From positions 1 through 53,179 of IMG/VR virus record IMGVR_UViG_3300032053_000105: 53,179 nt of DNA; one strand, given 5' to 3'. Both the position numbers and the translations under genes were made by a program. Below the pieces are notes generated by a model, which was given only the letters and a program-made list of their open reading frames with translations, was not told the DNA's origin and ran no database searches. The stretch comes from a virus (lineage: Duplodnaviria > Caudoviricetes). Positions 20,111-29,540 of this stretch are shown piece after piece (the stretch's first letter is position 1; each line of letters opens with the position of its first letter).

Positions 20111-20340
20111 AAGAAGTTCGAGATTTAAGACGCCGGATACGAATAAACTGCAGAGAATGTACGGGCGGGCAAAGTTTTGATTGTAAGCAAACAGATTGTA
20201 TATTTTATAAAGTTAAAGGAAGGAATAAAAAAAAATTGAATAAAAACGATAATCAAGACAATATACTACAAGATGTACAAGAAGTTATGGATCAAGAAAG
20301 AAAAGACGAAGAAGCATTGGGATATTATGGATCGCATTAA
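20092..20340 (+). CDS. Small Cys-containing hypothetical protein
   Basis: CRECTGG...C...C. Confidence 0.5.
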   Translation: METRLIKEVRDLRRRIRINCRECTGGQSFDCKQTDCIFYKVKGRNKKKLNKNDNQDNILQDVQEVMDQERKDEEALGYYGSH

Positions 20341-20366
20341 TAATAAATTAAAAGAAAGGAAATCCA

Positions 20367-21656
20367 ATGGATAATGAAAGGAAAACACGCCAGCATCATC
20401 AACAACGACCACTTCGTATTGTTGATGTATGCTGGCACTAACATGTATCCCACAATGAAACTTTAACTCATATTCCGAATACGGAATGGTATTATATTAT
20501 GAACTTTATCCGAAAACCATGGCAATATAACGCCCGACCGCTCCCTAAAAATGTTCGTTATATCCCTTATTACGAACCGGGAAAATATGATCTGGCTATC
20601 TTACATATTGACCAACAAGCAATAGACCCGATGATTGGTAAAGGAAAGTTGTATCGGCATTTGAATGAAGCGATAAAGGATATTCCAAAGATAGTTATTA
20701 ATCACGGCACACCCGACTGGCCCGAAAGATGGGAATCGGCAGGTAGTTGGTGTTGGAAAATGCCATTAGAAGTTGAGAAAGCAGGTAGTAAAGCGATTAA
20801 AGTCTATCAGAGGGATTTTCTGATCGAAGGAGGTCAGACAATCCAAAAAGATGAATTGGTAGAAATTGAAGGTCTTAAAAAACTGATTGGTAATAATACG
20901 ATGGTAGTCAATTCGTTTGAAGCGGCTAAACAATGGGGATTTGGGATTCCGATTTGGCACGGAATTAATCCTGATGATTGGTTTTATAAATTACCAAAAG
21001 AACCGAGATCTGTAATTGTTATGGGGCCAGCGGGACTCGATCATTATTATGGTAGATTTTTACTCAATGATACCAAATCTAAACTGCGAGATAATTATGG
21101 TCTAAGATTAATTCAGATTGGTGAACCACACGAATGGACAATCCAAAAACATAGAAGATTTAGTAGCGGAGAATGGGACGGATTCAGGGCTTATCGTGAT
21201 TATCTTGGCAGAAGTTTAATTTATGTTAATCTTACTCAAGAATCGCCAATGCCGAGAGGTAGAACAGAAGCAATGCTTTCTGGACTTTGCACTTTGACTA
21301 CTCCTTTTCAGGATGCGGATAAATTTATTAACTGTGATACCAGATTAATATGGAAAAATGTTGAAGGTATAGGCGAGTATATTAAAGTGATTGATGAATT
21401 GATTATAACTCAAAAAGATATTAACGGGTTTATTATACCGAACAACCCTTTGCCTATAGCGGCATTAGTGAATCATCTGATTTATAAAAGATATAATGAG
21501 GCAGTTAGGATTGGTCTGAACGGCCGTAAAACTGCTAAAAAGTTATTTAATCCCGATCGTTACAATTCTGAATGGACAGATTTGTTAAATCGGGTTATAA
21601 AGGAGTTTCATGACCAAAGAAGTAAAACTGACAAGAGCCCAGTTAAGACGGCTTAA
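20367..21656 (+). CDS. GT-B glycosyltransferase; N-terminal 24 codons separated by in-frame TAA (20439-20441)
   Basis: SD AAAGGA + ATG 20367 in frame with 20499; ESPMPRGRTEAMLSG GT4-type motif. Confidence 0.7.
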
Positions 21657-21870
21657 TAAAGAATTAAAAAACGCCAAAGTGAGAACCGAGATTACAGAAG
21701 CCTGTGAGCATAAAGAGTTAGAACAATTAGTTGAAAAGAATTCTTGGTATCAATGCAAGAATCCAAAATGCAGAGTTATCTTTTTCCTAAATAATATGCC
21801 AGGTTGGAGTCCTTCTGGTCTTATAAATCTATTGGCAAGTTTGGCAAAACATGTCAAGGAGAAAATATGA
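21610..21870 (+). CDS. Small putative zinc-binding protein
   Basis: CEH...CKNPKC; SD AAGGAG. Confidence 0.6.
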   Translation: MTKEVKLTRAQLRRLNKELKNAKVRTEITEACEHKELEQLVEKNSWYQCKNPKCRVIFFLNNMPGWSPSGLINLLASLAKHVKEKI

Positions 21871-22736
21871 AAGAAAATATTGAAGGTGCTTTCATTTTGC
21901 ATGAAAATGTACACGGAAAAAGAGATTTAGCATCTTCTCGAATTAGAGGAAGATGGATAATAAAATATTGGCCGGGTGTAGAAGAATATGTAAGTGGTCG
22001 TAAGTATAAATTTTTAATTTATCAAAAAGCCTATCTGGTTGAAATGGCGAAAATGTTTGACGGCATAAAGATATTTGATATCTGTGATCCGGATTGGGTA
22101 AACCAAGAATTAGTAATCGAGATGATCGAGGTTTGTGATGCGGTTACTTGTTCGTCTCCTGCGCTTCAAGAGTATCTTTCAAGGATTACCAAAAAGCCCG
22201 TCTATTATATCCCTGACAGAATAGATATGGAATATGTCGGTAGAAGGAAAAAAATTCACAGAGGACAAGCAAGAGAGGTAGTCTGGTTTGGATATTCGCA
22301 CAATTCCCATACTTTAAAATCAGCTGTTTATGCTCTCAAAAGATATAAATTAGGACTTTCAATTATTACTGAGAATATGAAAACCATTACTGCTTATAGT
22401 AGTTCGCCAGATGAAAGACGAATACCAGAACGCTGGACGAAGTGGGATTTAAATACATTTTGCGATGAGGTTTTGAAATCTGATATTTGTATAATGCCAG
22501 GCAGTTTAAGGGCAAATGATAGGTTTAAATCTAATAATAAAACCACTTTAGCTTGGGCTTTAGGACTGCCAGTGGCGACCGATGCCGATGATCTTAAAAG
22601 ATTCTTAGACCCTAAAGTAAGGCAAGAAGAAGCGGATAAGAGATATAAGGAAGTGAGGGAACTTTATGATGTTAAAACTTCTATAAAAGAAATGCAGAAA
22701 ATAATTGAGGATATAAAAAATGATTCAATTATCTAA
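21867..22736 (+). CDS. GT-B glycosyltransferase-like, paralogue of 17404-18354
   Basis: ASSRIRG, DICDPDW, WFGYS, KSNNK...WALGLPVA. Confidence 0.75.
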   Translation: MKENIEGAFILHENVHGKRDLASSRIRGRWIIKYWPGVEEYVSGRKYKFLIYQKAYLVEMAKMFDGIKIFDICDPDWVNQELVIEMIEVCDAVTCSSPALQEYLSRITKKPVYYIPDRIDMEYVGRRKKIHRGQAREVVWFGYSHNSHTLKSAVYALKRYKLGLSIITENMKTITAYSSSPDERRIPERWTKWDLNTFCDEVLKSDICIMPGSLRANDRFKSNNKTTLAWALGLPVATDADDLKRFLDPKVRQEEADKRYKEVRELYDVKTSIKEMQKIIEDIKNDSII

Positions 22737-23313
22737 TTTAAAGGTTAATAAAGATAACCCAAGAATTATTAAAGATGCTAAATTTGAAAAACTTTGTAAT
22801 TCTATAAAATCATTCCCTAAGATGATGGAGTTACGCCCAATTATTGTAGATGAGGATAATATGGTTCTCGGTGGAAACATGCGTCTAAAAGCCTTACAAT
22901 CGCTTGGATATACCGAGATAGAAGATACTTGGGTAAAACAAGCAGTTGGATTGACTGATGAGCAAAAAAAAGAGTTTATTATTAAAGATAATGTAGGATT
23001 TGGTGAATGGGATTGGGATAGTTTGGCCAATAACTGGGAAAATCAAGTTTTAACTGATTGGGGATTAGATTTAAGGGCTTGGAGTGATATTAATGCTTTA
23101 GGAGATGAAGATTTTGGAGAATTTGACGGGGTTATCCAGAATGATGAATATTTTCATTTAAATATTACTTTTAAAATTGAAGAAGAAATGAATAAATTCA
23201 TGGAAACAAATAATATAATTTTAGATAATAATTTTAAAAAAGTTAATAAAACTATATCAATTCATTGGCCGTTAGAAAAAAGAAGGGATATTAAAAATTT
23301 AGAGTTTAAATAA
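22720..23313 (+). CDS. ParB/Srx N-terminal domain protein
   Basis: NKDNPR, RPIIVDE, LGGNMRLKA, IKDN..FGEWD. Confidence 0.88.
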   Translation: MIQLSNLKVNKDNPRIIKDAKFEKLCNSIKSFPKMMELRPIIVDEDNMVLGGNMRLKALQSLGYTEIEDTWVKQAVGLTDEQKKEFIIKDNVGFGEWDWDSLANNWENQVLTDWGLDLRAWSDINALGDEDFGEFDGVIQNDEYFHLNITFKIEEEMNKFMETNNIILDNNFKKVNKTISIHWPLEKRRDIKNLEFK

Positions 23314-24173
23314 TGAAAACTAAATATCCTATTTTTATTCCATCTAAGGATCGTTATAATAATTGTTTAACTCCTAAATATCTGATAAAAGATAATATAG
23401 ATTTTAAGATAGTTGTTGAACCAGTCCAATATAATAAATATGCTGAAAAATTTAATAAAAAATATTTATTAGTATTACCTAGAAATAATATGAAATTATT
23501 AGGATCAAGAAATTGGATTATGGAATACTCTATTAAGCAAGGGGATAAAAGACACTGGCAATTAGATGATAATATTAGGGGATTTAAAAGATTATATAAA
23601 AGTATTCGTATAAGAGTTAATGGATATTACGCTTTAAAATTTGTTGAAGATATAACAGATAATTATAAAAATATTGGTATAAGTGGCATGAATTATGAAA
23701 TGTTTGTTACTCCAAAAACTAAATCAGTAATAGTGGTTAATCATCATATATATAGTTGCTCATTGATTAATAACGAAATCCCTTATAGGTGGAGACTGAT
23801 TTATAATGATGATACTGATTTATGTATTCAAATATTAAAAGGTAATTGGTGCACTTTATATACCAATGTTTTTTCGGCTTGTAAAATAAGGACTATGACC
23901 ATGAAAGGTGGGAATACTGATCAACTATATCAAGATAAAGGTAGATTTAAAATGGCTAAATCATTAGAAATGTTACATCCAGATATAGTAAAAACTAAAT
24001 GGAGATTTGGGAGGCCACAACATGTAGTTAATTGGGAAGTATTTAAACAAAGATTAATTCCAGTAGATAATCCTAAAAAAATAGGTTTAAATAATTATGG
24101 GAAGTTGATTGCAGTAGGAAAAATAAAAAATAAACAATTAAAAGAATTATTAATAAAGGCGAATAATGGATAA
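23313..24173 (+). CDS. TAGT/GREB1-like glycosyltransferase
   Basis: YPIFIPSKDR, IVVEP, WQLDDNI, YSCSLI, NDDTD, KGGNT. Confidence 0.75.
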   Translation: MKTKYPIFIPSKDRYNNCLTPKYLIKDNIDFKIVVEPVQYNKYAEKFNKKYLLVLPRNNMKLLGSRNWIMEYSIKQGDKRHWQLDDNIRGFKRLYKSIRIRVNGYYALKFVEDITDNYKNIGISGMNYEMFVTPKTKSVIVVNHHIYSCSLINNEIPYRWRLIYNDDTDLCIQILKGNWCTLYTNVFSACKIRTMTMKGGNTDQLYQDKGRFKMAKSLEMLHPDIVKTKWRFGRPQHVVNWEVFKQRLIPVDNPKKIGLNNYGKLIAVGKIKNKQLKELLIKANNG

Positions 24174-24543
24174 TGAAACCTCAGAACAGGTTAAAGTTCC
24201 TAATCCAACTGGTAAAGGTGGATTTCAAGACCACCCTGAATTAAGGAATTCTGGTGGGAGACCTAAAAACCAAGAATCATTTGCTTATTGGATTAATTTT
24301 TTTAAGAATCTTAAGGTAAAGAAATTTTTAGAATATGAAACTAAAAAACCAGATAATAAAAGATTTGTAGCAGAAAGTATTGCTTATGCTCGGGTTGCCG
24401 CTGCAAGAACAGATTTAAAAGAATTTAAAGAGATTGCTAATAGGACTGAAGGTATGCCAAAACAAAGTTTAGATTTACAGGGAAATTTAAATGTTAGTAA
24501 TGTTATTAATAAACTAAACAAAGAGATCGATGAAAGCGAGTGA
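24166..24543 (+). CDS. terS: Terminase small subunit (putative)
   Basis: NPTGKGGF..GRPK, RTEGMPKQ; directly before TerL. Confidence 0.75.
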   Translation: MDNETSEQVKVPNPTGKGGFQDHPELRNSGGRPKNQESFAYWINFFKNLKVKKFLEYETKKPDNKRFVAESIAYARVAAARTDLKEFKEIANRTEGMPKQSLDLQGNLNVSNVINKLNKEIDESE

Positions 24544-25855
24544 TTTTGCCAATTTTTTCAAGATTGAGGATAAACCAGTCATACTTTCAAAAGGGCAGAA
24601 CGATATATTCCGAACGATTATTAAAAGAGAACATCCGAGAAACAATGTCATCTGCCCAACCCAATATGGCAAGTCCCTGACGGTAGCACTGGCGGTTACT
24701 TTAAGATTTCTGTTTAGAAACGAAAAATGGGCTTTAATCGCCCCTTCTGAAAAAAAAGCCAAAGTGATAATGAATTATATTATTGAACATTGTTTTGATG
24801 ATCCGTTCTTTTACAATCAACTTGAAATTACCGAACCACTGGAAAGATTAAAAAGAGAAAGAAGCAAATTAAGATTAACAAGTAAATGTGGAGGCGAAGT
24901 ATTTTTGGTAACTGCCGATGCCCGAAACAGACAAGCGGTCAAGAGTTCCTTAATGGGTTTCGGCGCTCAGAATGTTATTGAAGACGAGGCGGCACTTATC
25001 CCCGACGATTTACACTCTACCGTGATGAGAATGTTAGGGGGACATAAAGATAATTTTCTATTAAAGATTTCCAACCCCTGGAATCGGGGACATTTTTTCC
25101 GAAGTTGGCATAACGATAAATATCACAACATTTTTATTGACTATAAGCAAGCAGTTGAAGAAGGCAGATTCAGTCAGGATTTTATTGATGAAATGAAAGG
25201 GGAAGCGTTTTTCAGTATCTTATATGGTTGTAAATTTCCTGAAGCAGACGAAATCGATGCAGAAGGTTGGCGAATTCTTTTAACAGATATTGCGGTTGAA
25301 AATGCTTTTGTTGACGATGCGGAATTCGGCGAGAATAAGAAACTTGGTGTTGATGTTGGTCGGGGTGGAGATTATACGACTTATGTTTTAAGAGATGATA
25401 AATCAATGAAACTTTTAGAAAAAAACCAGAGTAATGATCTGATGGAAATTGTGGGGCGGATAATCCATTATAAAAACGAATTAGGATTAGAAAATAGTAA
25501 TATCTTTGTTGATGATATTGGTGTCGGCGGTGGTGTTTCGGACAGATTAGAGGAACAAGGCTTTGGGATTACGCCAGTTAAAGTAGGAGAAAAAGCTTTG
25601 GATGAAAAGTTTGCTAATAAAAAAGCAGAGAACTACTGGCACTTTAAGGAATGGATTGATAATGGCGGGAAGATTGTTAGGAATAGTGATTGGATGGAAT
25701 TGACACAAGTTAAATATAAAGAAAATTCAAGCGGGAAATTACAGATGGAACCAAAGGAGAGATTATTTAGAAGAGGTGAGCATTCCCCAGATATTGCGGA
25801 AGGTGGAATGTTAACTTTTAGCCAAACAATAGAACCAAGAGTGAGATTTATTTAA
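24530..25855 (+). CDS. terL: Terminase large subunit
   Basis: PTQYGKS, IEDEAA, ISNP, GVDVGRGGD, DDIGVGGG, SPDIAE. Confidence 0.95.
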   Translation: MKASDFANFFKIEDKPVILSKGQNDIFRTIIKREHPRNNVICPTQYGKSLTVALAVTLRFLFRNEKWALIAPSEKKAKVIMNYIIEHCFDDPFFYNQLEITEPLERLKRERSKLRLTSKCGGEVFLVTADARNRQAVKSSLMGFGAQNVIEDEAALIPDDLHSTVMRMLGGHKDNFLLKISNPWNRGHFFRSWHNDKYHNIFIDYKQAVEEGRFSQDFIDEMKGEAFFSILYGCKFPEADEIDAEGWRILLTDIAVENAFVDDAEFGENKKLGVDVGRGGDYTTYVLRDDKSMKLLEKNQSNDLMEIVGRIIHYKNELGLENSNIFVDDIGVGGGVSDRLEEQGFGITPVKVGEKALDEKFANKKAENYWHFKEWIDNGGKIVRNSDWMELTQVKYKENSSGKLQMEPKERLFRRGEHSPDIAEGGMLTFSQTIEPRVRFI

Positions 25856-25860
25856 AGGGC

Positions 25861-25888
25861 TTGACAAAAAAAACCAGTATTCTATAAT
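25861..25888 (+). promoter_or_regulatory. Sigma70-type promoter
   Basis: TTGACA-16nt-TATAAT. Confidence 0.75.
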
Positions 25889-25899
25889 AAAGGATAGAA

Positions 25900-26064
25900 A
25901 TGGACTTTAATGATTATCGGTGTGAAAAATGCGGGCATCTGATTTGCAGAGAACGGATATTTATAGGCAGGATGGAATCGAAATGCCCATCCTGTGGTTG
26001 GATGAATTATTTTGAGAATTATAACTTTGACGAAATATTTAGCGGAGAAGCGATAAAAATTTAA
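25900..26064 (+). CDS. Com-like zinc-ribbon regulator (54 aa, not in track)
   Basis: YRCEKCGHLI...MESKCPSCG; spacing like phage Mu Com; SD AAAGGA. Confidence 0.75.
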   Translation: MDFNDYRCEKCGHLICRERIFIGRMESKCPSCGWMNYFENYNFDEIFSGEAIKI

Positions 26065-26071
26065 AAAACTC

Positions 26072-26126
26072 TTGAGGTCTTGAACCCAACTTGAGGTCTT
26101 TGAACCCACACAAGTTGGGTTTTTTT
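26072..26126 (+). terminator. Intrinsic terminator overlapping tandem TTGAGGTCTT(T)GAACCC motifs
   Basis: AACCCAACTTG/CAAGTTGGGTT stem then T run. Confidence 0.75.
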
Positions 26127-26139
26127 GTTAAAAGGAAAT

Positions 26140-27489
26140 ATGCCAGAAGAAACAGAACGATTTATAAGATTACCGAATCCAAAACATATACAAACTGGAT
26201 GTCAAAATATTCGGACTATTGCGATTAATAAATCAAAAGGCATATCCGGACTCTATTGTATTGATCATAAAAGTATTAAAACATATCTATTTTTAAGAGC
26301 TAAAGGCTGGACGATGGAAACTGCCCGTGAATGGGTAACCAGCCATTCCAAAGGAGTATCGATGGAAAAAGTTAAGACTGAAGAAAAATTAATGAATGAG
26401 TTAGCAGAAAAAATTAAAGATGCTGTTTATACCAAAGCTGTAAAAGAAAAAGATGAAAAGGGTGATAGTGTTTTTGTTGTTTCAAGTGATGTTGAAGACA
26501 GAGAAGGGGAAGTTATCTCAACTGAGGGCTGGAAATTAGAGAATTACAAAGCATATCCAGTCCTTTTATGGTCGCATAACGCAACGGAACCTTTAATTGG
26601 ACACGGGACAAATTTGCGTTATCGAACAATTAATGGAAAGAAAAAATTAACTTTTACGCCAAAGTTTCATCGAAAGAGTGAGCTTTCTCGATTGGTAGCC
26701 GATTTGGTTGATGAGGATTGGATTAGAGGTGTTTCGGTTGGTTTTAAACCGATAGAGAAAGAAGGCAATGTTTATACCAAACAGGAACTTTTGGAAATCA
26801 GTTTAGTTAATGTTCCCGCTAATCAAGACGCTTTAAGATTAGCAATGGCTAAAGGTTACAAAGAAGATACAATCGGCAAGGTAATGGATGTTAAAAAAGC
26901 TAAAGCAATGCAGGAAAAGATTGACAGAAAAGAAAAAGAAGTTGAAGTAACTAAAGAGATTTTAGAGCAAAAGAAAAAAGAAGCAAAAAAAGTTAAAGAA
27001 GATCCAGAAAAAGCGATTGAAGAAGAAAAGGCCGAAAACAAACCAGAAGAAATAAAACCTGAATTTCCGAAAGAATTAAGTGGCGAAGAGACAGAAAAAC
27101 CAAAAGAGAAACCAGATAAAAAGGAAATGGATAATGAACGCATTGATAAAATTGAAACAACTATTGAAAAACTTGCTGAAATCGTTAAGGGTTATAGTGA
27201 AGTTTTTAATCAGAGTAATAATAAGGTACAGGACGAATTTAAAAAGGTTCGATTAGAACTTAAAGGGTTAAATCCAGATGGTGGATTTGATGAAAGATTA
27301 TCAAATATTGAAGATAATTTAGAGAATTTGGCAAAAAGCCTTAGCTCTAATACTCAAGGTAAATCAGAAGGTCGGGCTGATGAAATCGATGAGTCTAATA
27401 AAGAAACTGCTGATAGAGTAAAAATCCTTAAATGTCTAAACAAAGGTATCAAAGCTCTAATCGCAGGTAAAAAAGAATTGAAGGATTAA
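26140..27489 (+). CDS. HK97-type prohead protease with N-terminal extra domain and charged scaffold-like tail
   Basis: DREGEVI, VLLWSHN, VSVGF, LLEISLVNVPAN. Confidence 0.92.
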   Translation: MPEETERFIRLPNPKHIQTGCQNIRTIAINKSKGISGLYCIDHKSIKTYLFLRAKGWTMETAREWVTSHSKGVSMEKVKTEEKLMNELAEKIKDAVYTKAVKEKDEKGDSVFVVSSDVEDREGEVISTEGWKLENYKAYPVLLWSHNATEPLIGHGTNLRYRTINGKKKLTFTPKFHRKSELSRLVADLVDEDWIRGVSVGFKPIEKEGNVYTKQELLEISLVNVPANQDALRLAMAKGYKEDTIGKVMDVKKAKAMQEKIDRKEKEVEVTKEILEQKKKEAKKVKEDPEKAIEEEKAENKPEEIKPEFPKELSGEETEKPKEKPDKKEMDNERIDKIETTIEKLAEIVKGYSEVFNQSNNKVQDEFKKVRLELKGLNPDGGFDERLSNIEDNLENLAKSLSSNTQGKSEGRADEIDESNKETADRVKILKCLNKGIKALIAGKKELKD

Positions 27490-27490
27490 T

Positions 27491-28645
27491 ATGTCCGATA
27501 TAGAAAAAGACGAATTGGATAAAAAAGCAGAAGAGATGACCGAAGGTGAAAAGAAAATCGCTGATTCAATTCAAGATACAATGATGAAGTTAATTGATTT
27601 GAAAGCGGCAGAAAAATCTAAAATGGATTCTGATGTTAAAGCCAAAGAGATTGCTGAAAAGTCTGTTTTAACCAAAGATATGGTTACGACAATGAGTGAT
27701 CAAGATAGAACCGGCGAATTCATTAAAGCCTTAGTTAATGGCGATAAAATTCGCTGTAAAGTTCTATCTGAAGGCACAAATGCTGATGGTGGGTTTCTCG
27801 TTCCCCAAGAGTGGTATAATACCATAATTGCGGATTTGAGAGACCTTTCTTTCTTGGTTAGTAAAGTGACCAGAGTTCCGATGACGACAAACCAGATGGA
27901 TATGGCGCAACTTGCTTCTCAACCCCAGACTTATTGGCAGGGTGAGCAGGCAATTAAAGAGACTTCAACGGCGACCTTCTCGGAAATCTCACTCACTCCT
28001 TACTCTCATGCTGTCATTGTCGTCTTCACAAAACAATTAGTAGCAGATGCTTCGATTGGACTTCCACAAGGAATCATCGACTTTGTTACTAAACTGATTG
28101 TTGAAGAAATGGCGGCTAATGACGACTGGATGATCATGAGAGGTTCAGGTGCGACTCAACCAACAGGTTACGAAACCTATCGAGCGGCTGGAACGATTAC
28201 ATCAGTTGCCACCGGTGCAAATGTAGCCAGTTACACATCAATGGTTGACGCTTGGGCGAGATTAGGTGCAAGGTATCGACAAAAAGCAGTCTGGATTATG
28301 AATAACATTTCATTGAGAAATGTGATGAATATTGTTGATACGACTAATCGACCAATTTTTGTAGCTGATCCAACTGGAAATCTACCTGGCACAGCTCTTG
28401 GCAGACCGATTCTTGAAGCTAATAGTTTACCTAACGGAACTATCTATCTTGCTGACCTTTCAGGTTATTACTGGGGTGTCCGTGAGGGCATTTCCGTAAT
28501 GCAATCTGAAGAAGCCTCTATTACAAGAGGTGTTAGCGAAATCAACTTATTTGAACGCAATATGGTTGCGGTTCGAGTTGAGGAAAGAGTAGATGGCGAG
28601 TTGGGAGATGTTCGTTCTTGTATTGCTGTAACTGGGTTTAATTAA
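27491..28645 (+). CDS. Major capsid protein, HK97 fold
   Basis: GGFLVPQE, AVWIMN, LGRPI, LFERNMVAVRVEERVDG. Confidence 0.95.
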   Translation: MSDIEKDELDKKAEEMTEGEKKIADSIQDTMMKLIDLKAAEKSKMDSDVKAKEIAEKSVLTKDMVTTMSDQDRTGEFIKALVNGDKIRCKVLSEGTNADGGFLVPQEWYNTIIADLRDLSFLVSKVTRVPMTTNQMDMAQLASQPQTYWQGEQAIKETSTATFSEISLTPYSHAVIVVFTKQLVADASIGLPQGIIDFVTKLIVEEMAANDDWMIMRGSGATQPTGYETYRAAGTITSVATGANVASYTSMVDAWARLGARYRQKAVWIMNNISLRNVMNIVDTTNRPIFVADPTGNLPGTALGRPILEANSLPNGTIYLADLSGYYWGVREGISVMQSEEASITRGVSEINLFERNMVAVRVEERVDGELGDVRSCIAVTGFN

Positions 28646-28664
28646 ACCATAACTTTCTGATATA

Positions 28665-28747
28665 CAGCCTCTTCATTTGAGCAAACAAAAATTGCTTATC
28701 CGCTAAGGGCGGTTGAGTGGGGACGGAGACCACACCTCAAGAGGCTG
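28665..28747 (+). ncRNA. Putative structured RNA element after capsid gene
   Basis: CAGCCTCTT/AAGAGGCTG enclosing three small hairpins. Confidence 0.5.
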
Positions 28748-28763
28748 GCATTAGGAGGTAACT

Positions 28764-28943
28764 ATGCAAACAATTATATTTTTAAAAGATGCGGAAGGTT
28801 TTTTAAGGGGCGATGTTAAGATTCTACCAAATAACGATGCCCATCGGCTGGTTTTTAATAGAGCGGCGAAACTTTACAATTATGCTGATAAAATGATGAG
28901 TGCCAAGCAGAGGAAAGGCAAGAAAGGTTATAAAGTCAAATGA
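28764..28943 (+). CDS. Small basic protein resembling the bL9 N-terminal domain (59 aa, not in track)
   Basis: SD AGGAGG; IIFLKD..GF..GDVK. Confidence 0.65.
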   Translation: MQTIIFLKDAEGFLRGDVKILPNNDAHRLVFNRAAKLYNYADKMMSAKQRKGKKGYKVK

Positions 28944-29539
28944 CACTTGTCGCTTATGCTTTGGTAAATCTTGCTGATACGAAAGAAACTCTTGGCATTA
29001 CTGATAATATACAGGATAGTTTGTTGACTAATCTGATTAACCGAGCAACGGATATTATTGAACGATACTGCAATGGAAGAAGATTCGCTTCTACTGTTTA
29101 TACTAACGAGGAATACGACGGTAAGGGTTCGGATTATCTTAATGTAAAACACTACCCAATTACGACCTTAACGAGTATTGATGGACGATCTGGCGACTTC
29201 TCTAACCCGAATTGGAGTTCATTAGATGACGCTCTTTATAAACTGATTGACGATGGCACAAGCGGTCCCGGACAGATTTATTATTCGGGCAGATTTATAA
29301 AGGGTGTAAGGAATTATCGGGTCAGTTATACTGCAGGTTTTGCGACAATACCCAATGATTTACAACAGGCGTGTATTACGCTTATCGCCTTTTTGAAGAA
29401 CCAGACAAAGTCGACTGGAATGAAATCAGAAACACTTGGTAGGTATAGTTATACTAAATCAGACGAGGAAAAAGATATTAAGGAATTAGGTTTAGATGCG
29501 GTTTTGGATTATTACCGAACTCCCGTGATTGGAGGTTAA
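28940..29539 (+). CDS. Head-tail connector/adaptor
   Basis: LADTKETLGI, IERYC, YTAGFATIPNDLQQAC. Confidence 0.88.
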   Translation: MTLVAYALVNLADTKETLGITDNIQDSLLTNLINRATDIIERYCNGRRFASTVYTNEEYDGKGSDYLNVKHYPITTLTSIDGRSGDFSNPNWSSLDDALYKLIDDGTSGPGQIYYSGRFIKGVRNYRVSYTAGFATIPNDLQQACITLIAFLKNQTKSTGMKSETLGRYSYTKSDEEKDIKELGLDAVLDYYRTPVIGG

Positions 29540-29540
29540 A

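Noticed and set aside
20439-20441. Genome-wide stop codon reassignment
   Set aside because: TAA, TAG and TGA all end full-length genes, and coding density is high under code 11
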